A stretch of 64,000 nucleotides of DNA. Source: Zootoca vivipara. Taxonomy: Eukaryota. How positions within the stretch are numbered: the first letter of the stretch is position 1; each line of letters begins with the position of its first letter. Shown in pieces: positions 32,124 to 44,394 of the stretch. The stretch covers positions 54,064,001-54,128,000 of the forward strand of contig NC_083289.1 in assembly GCF_963506605.1 (NCBI RefSeq), read 5' to 3'. The translations under genes and the position numbers were made by a program. The notes beneath the pieces were generated by a model. The model ran no database searches and was not told the origin of the DNA. It worked only from the letters and a program-made list of their open reading frames with translations.

Positions 32124-35100
32124 AACGTATAGTATAATTTGACCACAAAAAGGTGGTCATTGGCTGCTAGTAATGGCCCTGTACGAGCTCCAGTATTGGA
32201 GGTGGTTTGCCTCTTCACCTGTTTGTTACACTTGTTCTCCTCCCCACTTTCCCCTTTATCCTTACGACAACCCTGTGAGGGAGCCACTGGCCTAAGGTCA
32301 CTGAGCAAGCTTTATGGCTGAAAGGGAAATGGAACCCTGGCCGCTCCAACTGCTGCACCCCCCTGGCTCTTGAGTAGCAGCTGCTTGGGGGTACGAGTAA
32401 AGAGAGGGCTGTTGTGATCATGTCCCACAGGCATCTGCTTGTGAGTACAGGATGCTAGACTAGATGAGCCTTTGCAGATGTGCTGATGTGAGCAGGACGG
32501 ATAGGAGAGCTTGTGGAGTGCTGGGGCTTCTGCTTGCTGCCTCTGACTGGAGTCTGCCAGATGCCTTGGGGAGGCACAGAAACAGGGCCTTCATCATTTG
32601 CTGTCTTGTCTAGCTGGTAATGAATGACCAGATACCTTGATGTAAATGTTTCTAAAGTCATTTGTGTTATGGTCATTACAACATAGTTGACACCTGGGGG
32701 AATAATCCTGTCTTTTTGTTTGGAACCTGCTGCCTGCTGTTGCCTCTGATGCCCCCCTGAGATGTTTGTGTGTGTTTTGGGGGCTGTCTGAGAAATAACA
32801 GCTCCAGTCTCTAGTTCTATCATCCTCAAATTCCCTGATGGCCTCAGCTGTCCTTTTCTGCGACTTTTCCAAGGCCAGGCTATCCTTTTTGAGACTCTCT
32901 CTATCTCTGTGGCCATTGCCTGCTCCAGATTCTCCGGATGCTCTTCGGAATGTATCGTTCTGTGGTGTGGCTTCTATGGGTGGGAAGCCTCCTTGATGAG
33001 CTGCCAATGCTATGGAAGAGGCTCCCTCCTCTTCTTCTCCTTCTCTTGGTGCAGCAGGTTCCATCCTTTGGCCTTTGCCTCCTCTCTTTTTGCAGGAACT
33101 TACTTAAATGTCAGTTGCTGGCTGTTAGGGTTCCAGGTCGCATTTGCCAGCCAAGGGCACTTCAGGGCTGGAAAATCCCTATCCTTGGGACTACAGGGGT
33201 GTGGGGCCACCAGACACCTGTGGGCTTGGGGGCAAGTCCAAAGCGATGCAGGTGCCCACGATATGCTCCTGCCCGAAGGCAGAGGCCCACATGACAGTGG
33301 AGCCCCCCCATGGAGAGAGTCTCGTGCCTTTTACTGGCCATGTCTTCATCTGACTCCTTGGAGAAAGTGGCGTTTGGTGATGTGCCTCTTCCATGCTAGA
33401 CAGGTGCCCGCTTCACCGCTGGTACCGTGGGAAGGAAGGTCCTAGTCAGTCTGCAATAAATTCCCGTGAAAGGCAAAAGCAGCTGATGCAAGAATAATGT
33501 TCATTCAATTGGACTGCCACAATATCCTCCCCGCACCCCGCTGCAGCTCGATGCTTTTCGCTCTCCTCTCTCTCTGCCTTCAGCCTTCGTTTTCCGCCCA
33601 AAGATTCCTCGGTTTGGCGCTGGGTAGGGCCGCCCGTGCACCAGAGGAGTCCCATGACCGCGAGGCGCTGTGCGCTCAGTTGCCACGAGGAGTGGAAGGT
33701 GCTCAGATGGGGAAAGTGAGGTGGCACCTTCTTCCCACGGCGTCGGGGAGTTTGCTGCCTCTTCTTGCCTCGCCCTAAAAGCCGAGGGGGGGGGGGAAGC
33801 GGTCCTAGGCGGGATGAAAGTGTCCTGTCTCGACTGTTTATCCGGCAATTATAAGTACATCAGTGGTGCCTACGGGGGCTGGTTGCCATAGCTACAATAG
33901 GATTTGAAGGACCATCCTTTGGTCGTGGCCTCAGCCAATCAGGGTGAGGAGCCAAAGCTGCAGTATAAAGTAAAGATTGCCATCATCTTCCAGCCAGTCC
34001 GTGGCCATGAAAGGCAAAGAGGCTCCCAGAGTGCTGGGAAGTGTTCCGGATGGGTCCTGTCATGGCGGACGGCGGAAGAACCAGCAGGAGGCCGGCGCTG
34101 CGCAGACGGCAGGTGAGACAATGGAGGCCCTTCCTCGGCCGCCATTGACGGCTCCTTCTTTCGCCATCACCCCTCGGCTGCCCCGTCCTGCCCTGGGCCG
34201 CCGCAAGCCGCCACCCTGCCCTGCCCCACGAAATAAGAATAAAAGGCGGACAAAGGAAACCGGGATGGGGAAATATGGAGCTCCTCTCCCTGGGTTGCCT
34301 TTGTGGGCCTTTCAGATTGCATTTCGCAAAGCCAGCTCATTAGAAGCCCCCAGCTGGGCTCCTGCAGAGCGAGGTTAACGCCCCACGGCTGCCACCCACT
34401 GGCCCCTCCCCCCCTGAGGGCCACCATTTGCCGCAAAGCCACTCCAGCTTGGGAGGCGCATTTCTCAGCGGGGTGGGGTGGGGGAGCGCTGTGCCCAAAT
34501 TTGCCGCCCTCCCCAGCCCCTTTCCTGGAGGTAATGCCCAAATGCCCGCTTGGAGATCAAAGCCCCCAAGGGTTGTGGCAGAGTTGCACGTTTGCTATTG
34601 TGATGGTGGGGAGGGAGGAGGAGGAGGGGCGCTGGGTGACAGCGTCAGGAGGGCGGGGGGTGTCCCCGCTGCCACCCCCACGCTTGTAAATGTCTTGGCA
34701 CTAACAGATGAACTTGCCTTGCACAATGGACACGGCAGGGAACGAAGCCTGGTGGGGAGAGGAAGAGGGGGCTCTAAACTTCTCCAAACTAACACAGGGT
34801 GGGGGGGGGTGCGTGAAAAGCAGAACTGCTTGAATCTGTGATCTGCCCCTCATCGGTCAGCTTCTCCCAGCAGGAGGCTCTGAGCACCTTGTGAGCTGTC
34901 CAGCGGCTCTTGTCCTTGTCTGAAGCTGACGGAGGCTTTCTTTGCCAGTCTGGTGGAGGCGACAGACTGTCCATTTTCCTCCCCAAACCATGTGGCTGTG
35001 GGCTTAGGAGGTGGGCACAAACTCTTTCCTACCTGACGGAAATAGTGTCCAGCGATTTCTCTCCTCCTGCCGGACGCAAAAGCCTCCCGCCATGTATCTT

Positions 35101-38100
35101 GGATGGGGAGGAATCTCACAGATGGCAAAGGGAAGGCCATTGCGTCCCCTTCAAAGGGACATTCTAGGGCGATTGTTGCATTATTAGGTGAACTCAAAGA
35201 AGAAAATCTTTTAATCCACTGTGGCTAATCCAGTCTACTTTTGTTGGCCATGACACATTCAGCCCCAACAAAAGGTGCTTCGGGGTCGACACCGGCATAC
35301 ATAATGCATTTGTAACCCGGCTGCTCTGCTGTCAGAGCGGCAGATTGACAGGCTCCCCCCTCCCTTCCGCCGCCCCCCTGGGGCTGGGACAGAGGCGCCG
35401 CCAAACTTTTATCAAGTTTTCATCTCTCGTTCCAAAGAGCTTTGCTTGGTGTGCAAGAAAATGAAGGAATCGGCACCTCGCTTAAAGCGGAATCCTCTCT
35501 CCCGCTGGGCTTGGCTGGAGCGCTCAGGCCGGCAACCTCAAGGGGGGGCAGAGCGGGGCTGACATTGCCTTTTGCAGGAGCCGTGAACAGCTGGGAGAGG
35601 AGCCAGGGGGCTTTGCCCAAAAGGGACCCTGGGATCTCGCCACTGGGGCCGTCAAAAGTGCAGTCGCCCCTTCCTCGCCGTCAGTGCAGGGGGAGGCTGC
35701 CCATTCCCTGCCAAGCGCAGCTCCACAGGCAAGAGGATTCTGGACATGGAGCAAGCACATTTTGGGCAGGGTGGGGGTAGGTGATAGTTAAGGGGGCTGC
35801 TGATCGGATTAAGCAGGGTGTGGGGGGGTTTTCACAGCCTGCGACCTGCCCCTCCTGGTCACTTTGGGTCCCTCTGCCCCCCTTAAGCCTCCAGGGAGTC
35901 CCATGGGCTGTGTGCGGCTTCAGAGTGGGCTGGAATAGGGCGGCACAGTCTGTCCCTTCAAAATGGGCAGCTGCCTCTTCCCTGGCAAGGGCTCTGGAGA
36001 GGGCAGGGAAGATGGTCCTGGGAAGAAATGTGAAAAGGGGGTGGGAAGAGGGAGAGCCTGCCTCCCCCCAGCTCTCTCTTCCTGGTAAGGCAGCTGCATG
36101 GAGGAGAGCCAAGACTCTCTGCTGCCCCTCGCTGAGGCCGAGAGGAGGTCTCTGGGGCAGAAGGAAGGCCGGAGAGCTCAGCTGAGCAGCGGAGGGAGCT
36201 TCTTGGTCCCAAGGGCGGTTTCACGATGTTTGTTGTACCTTAAATGCTACCAGATTTTATTTCAGCAGTGGCTTTTATAGGTCCATTTCACCACCACCAC
36301 CACCACCACCATCATTTTATTTGTAAGCTGCCTTTCCATAGTTAAAACAACGCTCAAGGCGGCTTACGACATGACGAGATTTACATAATTACCAACGTAA
36401 CAAAAGCCGTAAGCAATAAATGAAACACAAAGGTACACAACCAAATGGAAAACATTTCCGCATAAATCATAAAATCTAAAACTAAAAATACAACATTAAT
36501 ATCAATAACAATTTAAAACGACATAGATAGAAAATAAAAACAATCTATGGATGGCTCCCAGCCAGGAGGGCTCTGCTTTGCCTCCCCAGTTGCAAGTAGC
36601 AATACCTCTGAATCGCAGCTGCTGGAAAGCGCTGGGAGGGAGGGGGGGTTGTGCTCACATCCTGCATTGGGACTTCTGGTTGGCCCCTTTGAGAACAGGA
36701 TGCTAGGCGAGATGAGCCATGGGCCTGATCCAGCTGTAGGCTTTCCTCCTGTTCTTATGTACAAAGGTTTACTCTCAGTGGCAGGTAAATAGGATTAAGA
36801 TCAATATTCAATTCAGACCCCACCATTCCTCCCAAAGGAGTCCAGGGCAGCCAACACAGGATTGAAAACCTTCTAAAAAAAAGCTACGAACATTCACTTG
36901 TCTCCCCACCCATGATTTCAGGGGTGCCGGGAACAGTATCTCTTGGCCATCCAACGCATCTCTCTTGGAAGAGGGAGGCTGATGCACCTGGCCAGGTGGT
37001 CCTTCCACAAATGGGAAGCAGTCGCTGCAAAGGCCCTGCCTGGGGTCCGGGCCAAATGGGCAGCTCCAGCCATGGCCTCATCCACTCACAGCAGGGTCTG
37101 AAGTGGTTCGCCTTGGCAGAGGGGCCCTTGCAGGTACTTGGGGCCAGGGGATTTAGGGTTTGGGATGCTAGGAATAGGACTTCGAATTTGCCCCAGCAGC
37201 ACTTTCAGGGCCAGTGACAAAGACATTCTTTCGAGGCAGGGGGTGGGTCGCAGCCCACAAACACCCCCCTAACTGTGGGGGTGCTCCTGCTGCTGTGCAA
37301 AGTGCCCCCCCCCCGGTGTGCAAGACTTGGGCTAGTGGGCTGGCTTGTTTTGCTTAGACTAGGTAGGATCTCTGCAATTTTAAATGCATGAGTCCCAAGT
37401 ATCTGCTGATGATTTCCAAATAGCTAAGAGGCGAGAAGGTGCCTCAGGGCGAGGCCTGCCCATCCTGCATTCTTTTGAAGCTGGCCCCAACCTGATTCTG
37501 TAGAGCGCTGCTTGGTTTTGCTCCCACATTTTGCTGTGTCCAGCTCTGGGCATGCATGCCCACCAGGACAGGTTGGTGAGGAGGGTCCTGTGAACCTTCT
37601 GTCTCCCCGCTCCTTTGACCTTGCACGGGTATCCTTGTAGAGCACAAATCTCTTGCACTGCTGCCGATGCCAGGGGGCACTGACTTATGGGGCAGGGGAG
37701 CTACTGAAGGGCATAGTGGCTTCTTGCTCTTTTCAGTGTTTGGGGAGGGGGAGATGGGCAGGTTAATGCTGTGCAGAAAGGGGGGGACGGACAGATCTAG
37801 TGTATTACCAAGATGTTCCCAAAGGGCTGGCAGGGCTTGCGACTGGTGATGCCACAAATGGTGATGGAGATGGGGACCAAGGCAGTCCAGCCGCTGCACT
37901 TGCCAGAGATCTGTGGCCCACGGAGGCAGGCATTGCAAGTCTCCCAGAGGTGTTATGGAGACTAATAAAGAATAATTGAGGTGATCCATTATTTAAACAG
38001 ATAACAGTCCTACTTTTATTATTATTTGGATTTACTGTATATCACATTTCCTCTGAGCAGCTAAAGGTGGTGCACATGGTCTCCCCCCCGGCCACATCTT

Positions 38101-40699
38101 AACCTCACAACAACCCTGAAAGGTAAGTCAGGTAGAGGGAGGCAGTGACCAGGCCAAGGTCACCCACTGTGCTTTGAAAGCTAGGTGGGGAATTCGAACT
38201 CTGGTCTCCCAGGTCCTGGCCCAAGACACTGCTATAGCGCACAGTCTCCGTGTGATCTCTCCATCTGTATCTGCTGTGTGCTGCAGCATCCCAACAAAGG
38301 GGATCTGTTGAAGCTGCTGGGTGGAAGGGACACCCTTAAAAATGCTTTTAAATGTCCTTGGAGAAGAGGAGAGTTTTTGGCTGCTGCCACCGTGTTGGTT
38401 CCTGTTGGTTCCTCCCCCCTCCCGCTTTGCCCCTCTTTGCCCCTTGGGAGAAATGGGCCCTTGGAGCAGACCTTGATGTCTGCGTGGGCAACTGGAGAGA
38501 GTAAGGCCACACGCTGTTTAGGATTTTCTCTGTAGGCGAAACTCGTCACCTGGATTGGAGCCCACAAAAGAGCCTGCAGCCCGTGCTGGGTGGGGTCATG
38601 GGGTCCTCTGCCCCGGCTGAAGGAAGCCGACTGTTTTCAGAGGTAGCCCCCTCCCCCCCCAACCCTTCACTGCAAGCATGCAAGAGGACAGCTTCTCTTA
38701 AGGTAATAGCAATACAGCATTTGTTTAAGTATTTATAAGCTGCACTTTCATGGTGAATGTGACCTGGTCAACGCAATAAAATCAGTGTGAACTTAGTCTG
38801 TTCGACCCCTGGAACCGTTCGAAAACTGAGGCAGGGCTTCTGATTGGCTGCAGGAGCTTCCTGCACTTCAGGGGAAGCCGCGTCGAAAATTTGACTTCCG
38901 AGAAACGGGACACTTACTTACAGGTTTGCGGCGTTTGGGAGCTGATTTGTTTGGGAGCCAAGCCATTTGAGTACCAAGGTACCACTGTACAGAAAAAGCT
39001 CACATTCCGATGGTCTGTGTTAACAGCACAGTTTTTAGATCTCGGAGGAAGCAAGCAGTGCCTCCCTCTGGACTTGAGGGGTGCAGGTGCCCCCCCCCCT
39101 TCAGATGGGCTGGGTGCTGCCTCCTGCCAGCAAGCATCTACCATCACCCGAGAGGCAGTGGACTGGGACCTGGGAGACCTGGGTTCAGATTCCCCACTTG
39201 GCCAGTGCTTTCCCCCCAGGGGTACTAAGGGGCACGCAGTACCAGCACCTCTTGTTGTTGTTGTTGTTAATAAGTGTGGCACTTGCTGTAACAACTTCAA
39301 GGTGAGTCCGGGCACCTCTTTTGCGAGAAAAAAGCACGGCACTCGGCCATTGGGCGCAGTGGGTGACCTTGGGGGCCAGTGCCTGCCACTCAGCCCAGCT
39401 TACCTCACAGGGTTGTGAGGATGAACCAGGAAGAGCTCCATGAAGGCAACCTGGAGCTCCTTGGAGAAAATGGTGGGAAGTGCAGTAAATCAATGGATCA
39501 ATATATAGCCATGGCCTGTCTGCCATTTTCATAGGAAAGCGGGGCTTTTGCTGGGTGCTATAGTCCCACAGCTGGGGGGATTCTTAGGCAGAGGATTGTG
39601 CTAGCACAGCAGAACTGTACTAGCAAATTTACACTTCCAATTTTTGTGCTGGCCTGTAATCCTGTGTAGAATGCAGCAGTGTGTGTGTGTGTGTGTGCAT
39701 AGAATTATACCATAGCAGTTTATAACAATTTTAAACCTGACAGCAAAATCATAAAAGGTTGACGGCAAGGGATAGCCAAAAACGAAAGGTTCCCCCAGTT
39801 GGCTTCGCCTGCAAGGTGGTCTTCCATCCTTGCGTTGGATAAGTGGGAGGGCAGAGCAGAGTCCGAGATGTCACTTTATTTACTTATTGAATTTATATAC
39901 CGCCCTATACCCAGAGGTCTCAGGGCGCTTCACATGTGTGACACAGGCCCAGAAAACCCTCGGGGGAAGATGGGGAAGCCGATTTAGTTGGGCTAGATGA
40001 CTCTTGGGGGTCCCTTCCAACTCCATGATTCTACGACAACAAAGGCATGTGTGTGTGTGTGTGTCAGCCTGGCCACGTGGGCCTCTGTGTGGATGGGGGT
40101 GGCTTGTCCCTTGGCTTCAGCTCACCAATGTTTTGAATGCTGCTGAAGTTTAAGAGCAGAAGCAGCTGCCTCCCGTCTCCCTGCACTTGGCTGTTGCCTT
40201 CTATTTATTTGATTTATACCTCCCTTCGTCAAAAATATCTCAGGGTGCTTCGCGAGATATAAAAAACAGACCTAGATCAAAGATGCACAAACAAATAGCC
40301 CCGACAGAAGCAACAAAACAGTACGCCCCCCCCCCAAAAGGGCAACGGCTCAATGCATATTTTCTAAGCTTTGTGTATAGATTTTTTCACATGGGTATAA
40401 CCTTTAAAAGTCACTTGTAATAAGAGGAAGAAGGTTTTAAAGAATATAAGGCTTTATGGACGTGCATGAACAAGTACAGTACATTATAATGGAACCAAGA
40501 GGGGGAGTGGAGGGAAGTCGACCAAAAAAATTATGGTTTAATCTGGTTATGATTTTTTTCCGCCCCCCCCCCCCGTTTTGTTATTTTTGGAAAATCAAAC
40601 AAATGTTATCAAAAAACAAAACGAAAACAGTAACCCCCCAAAAAACGTGTTTAAAAAGCTGTGGAATATTCATCGTCCCAAGGCCTCTTCGAGGACCCC

Positions 40700-41500
40700 G
40701 CGTCCTCCTTGAGGGTGGTTTATTTCATGGAGCCCGGGGGGGACCCCGGGGGTGGTCTAGTCCGACCCCTGGCCGGGCCGGTGCCTGGGCCCAAGCCTCC
40801 CGTGCTTCCGGTCCGCTCTTTCCCCCGGCCGGGCGGGCGGGCAGGCAGGCAGGCAGCAGCGCCGCCTAGTGGTCCGCGCCGGGCCGAGTCCTCCCCTCGC
40901 GTTGCTAGGCGACCTCCCCCGCGGCCCGCATGCGCGCGCAGCCCCTGCGCTCCCTCCCTGCCTGCCTCGGCCTCCGGTGCCCCGGAGCGTCCTGTGGGGG
41001 CGCTGGCGAGCCTCGTCCGTCTCCGGCGGCGGCGGCGGAAGGGAGCGCGAGGGAGGCCGGAGAGGAGGCCCAGGCCGGGAGACGGAGGAGACGGAGGCCC
41101 ACCCCAACCACCAGCACCAGGAGCAGCGGCGGCGGCGGCGGCGCAGCGGAAGCCCTCGGCCGGAGAGGCGGCGGCGGCGGCGGCGCGGATGATGGCGGCG
41201 GCGGAGGAGGAGTCTCGGGCCCGCCGGCCTTGCGCGGCGGCGGCTTCCTGTCCGGGGCCGCGGCCGTCGCTGGCCTCCTTGTCCCGGTGAGGGAGACAGG
41301 CGGAGGGAGACGGAGCAAGGCGGGCCTGCGCCTCCTGCCCTCGCCCGGCGCCGGGGTCGGGCGGCCGCCTTCACACGTGCCCGTCGCGTGTCGGGGTCAG
41401 GCGGCGGGTTCCGAAGGGGCGCGGAGGGAGGAGGGTCTCCCCCCAGGAAGTGCCCCGTCGGACCCCCCCCCTCGGCGGGGCGGGCCGGGCCCCCACGAAG
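40700..41500 (+). promoter_or_regulatory. AXIN1 CpG island and first (leader) exon ending at 41286
   Basis: CpG island with (GGC)n runs. Donor CG|GTGAGG at 41286/41287; the next acceptor is CTTGCAG|C at 42177/42178 ahead of the AXIN1 ATG. Confidence 0.75.
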
Positions 41501-42239
41501 GGGTCGCTGAGAGCTCCCTCCGGAGGGACCCCCAGGGTCATCTAGTCCACCCCCTGCAAGGCAGGAGTCTGTTGCACCCCCACCCTGAGACTCAGAGGGG
41601 GGTGGCTTTTTCCAGGGCAGCTGGGAATGGGGGGGACAGGGCAGCCCCTCAGTCCTCCAGAAATGACTCTCCTGTCCTGGAGAGAGAGCTCTTCCTGCTG
41701 GTGGGTTCTTGCCCATTCACCTCTTAAGATCCCTCAGCGACACTTTGCACAAATAATCTTTTCGGGAGGTTTCTTTAAAGTCCCTGCTGCATCGTATTGC
41801 ATCCCGGTGTGCTGTCAAAAAAAAAGCTACGACCGGTGTTGATTTCCCCCCTTTGGGCCTTTCCAGGATCAGGACCAGAAAGGGAAATTGGTCGTGTTAT
41901 CTTTGCAGTGCGGGAATTGACAGGAAGTTCTTAGGGTTCAGGGGGGCCATCGCCCGTCTGAGGATGATGGGGAAAGGAGCGTGTGATACGTTCAGGCTCT
42001 TTGCGTGGCTCGTTCGGAGCCCTGGGCTCTTAATTTGGGGGAGAAGATGCTCATCTTTTTCCCGCTTTGCCCGACAAAGCCTTGCCTTATTTTCCTTCGA
42101 ATGGGCTGCAGGGCCTTGGGAAGGGTGAGCCTGCGAGCGTTGCGCTGCTTTCTAACCGTCCTTCTCCAACCTTGCAGCCGGCCGTGTGTCTCCCCCCTGG
42201 GGCAGGGGCTGCTGGGCCGCTGAGGCGTGGGCCGCCGTT

Positions 42240-42266
42240 CTGCTGCTGCTGCTGCTGCTGCTGCTG
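42240..42266 (+). repeat. (CTG)9 repeat in the AXIN1 5' leader
   Basis: Ends 20 nt before the ATG at 42287. Confidence 0.9.
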
Positions 42267-42286
42267 CACCCGCGGATGCCGTCAAG

Positions 42287-44363
42287 ATGAGTGTGCAGGG
42301 CCAAGGTTTCCCTCTGGACCTTGGGGGGAGATTCACCGAGGATGCTCCGAGGCCCCCGGTGCCAGGAGAGGAAGGGGAACTCGTTTCCACGGACCTGCGG
42401 CTAAGCGGCCACGGCTTCTACTCCGGGAAGTGCGATGCCATCAAAAGCGAGACTTCCACGGCCACTCCGAGGCGCCCCGACCTGGACCTGGGCTACGAGC
42501 CGGAGGGGAGCGCTTCTCCCACCCCTCCCTACCTGAGGTGGGCAGAGTCTCTTCACTCTCTGCTGGACGACCAAGATGGGATCAACCTCTTCCGGACCTT
42601 CCTGAAGCAGGAGGATTGCGTGGACCTGCTGGACTTCTGGTTTGCTTGCAGTGGCTTCCGGAAGCTGGAGCCATGTGACTCCAACGAGGAGAAGAGGCTC
42701 AAGCTGGCCAAGGCCATTTACAAAAAGTACATTCTGGACAATAACGGGATTGTGTCGCGGCAGATCAAGCCAGCCACGAAGAGCTTTATAAAAGATTGCG
42801 TGATGAAGCAGCTGATTGACCCGGCCATGTTTGACCAGGCCCAGACAGAGATCCAGTCCATGATCGAGGAGAACACGTACCCCCTCTTCCTTAAGTCGGA
42901 TATTTATTTGGAGTATACAAGGACGGGTGGGGAGAGTCCGAAGGTGTACAGTGACCAGAGCTCAGGGTCGGGGACAGGAAAGTGTCTCCCCGGCTATTTG
43001 CCTACCCTTAACGAGGACGAGGAATGGAAGTGCGACAAAGAGGTGGAGGAGGAGATGGCCGGCCGGGAGTCTGCTCCCTCCAGCCGACTCACCCAGAAGC
43101 TTCTCCTGGAGACGGCCACGCAGCGAGCCACGTCGTCCAGGAGATACAGTGAGGGGAGAGAGTTCAGGTGAGAGCTGCAGGTTGTCTTCGCGTGAGCCGC
43201 GCTTGCTTGCCCCGCCATGTGGTGCTGGTGGTTGCAGGGGGGACAGAAGCCTGCTTCCGCCAGGTAGCAGGGCAGGATGTGGAGGCGCCCCCTGGCAGCT
43301 GGGGAAGAGCTGGAAGGGGGTTACAGGCCCAGCTCCTTTCAGCGGCAGAGATTTGAGCGAAGCTCATCCCCAGCCCTGCCGCCTGGAGGGTGCAGGTGCT
43401 GGGGCCCGATCCTGGATCTGTGTGCAGAACAGGTGCTCTGCCGCTTGGCTGCGGCCCCTGCCTGAAGCTCCTGGCAGTTTTGCTGTCCTGCCTAACTGCT
43501 CTCGCAACAAATTTGGTGAAGTTATCGATAGATGCATTGCTGGAAATTTCTCCAGAATTGGCCTCTGGGTCTCACACTGTCTATTCCACCCCATCCCAAC
43601 GACTTTGTCATAACCTACCGTAGAATAAGCTCTAAACTTGCTAGAAGAACATAGCACATAAACTAGTAAGATTAAAGAAGACCCACTCAATCCAGATATC
43701 CCATGATCAACTTCCAGGCTCGAATTACATTTTATTTTATGATTGTCTCTCTTTGCCCCCCCACCCAACCCCAACATAAACAGGTTCTAGAAACAGCCCG
43801 GGAGCTCCAAGGAGTGCTTTTGCGGGACCCCCTCCCTCTTGCTAGGATCTGGAGATAGGCTCTTCCACCCCCCTCCCCCTATTGCATTTACTGTCTTAGC
43901 AGTCTGGAGGGCAACAGCTGGATTTCATCGTCCACCAAGCAAATTCCCCCCCCCTTGTTGCAGATGCTGGGAGCTTTCTGTTTTGAGTACCGTTTTCATC
44001 TGAGTTTTGAAACAGGAATGTTGCATGCGAAACTGCAAGAGAAGGAGACCCTTCACTGATCTCTTGCTAGTTTAATCAGGAGGTTCAAACTTCCTTGTGG
44101 AGTTTGAACCTCCAAGTCAGGGGTAGGCAGTCTAAGGCCCGGGGGCCGGATGCGGCCCAATCGCCTTCTAAATCCGGCCCGCGGACGGTCTGGGAATCAG
44201 CGTGTTTTTACATGAGTGGAATGTGTACTTTTATTTAAAATGCATCTCTGGCTTATTTGTGGGGCATAAAAATTCGTTCTTTTTTTCCTCCAAAATATAG
44301 ACCGGCCCACCACCTGGTCTGGGGGCAAAGTTTTGGAACTCCTAAGAGACCCTTTCAGGGAGG

Positions 44364-44394
<31 letters not shown>

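Noticed and set aside
32594-33110. Charged minus-strand ORF between MRPL28 and AXIN1
   Set aside because: No convincing splice structure or domain. It may be a decayed LINE ORF1, but I cannot support a call.
40661-41727. Long overlapping ORFs at the AXIN1 island
   Set aside because: Stop-codon depletion in GGC-rich sequence. Only the spliced uORF from 41189 was kept as a hypothesis.
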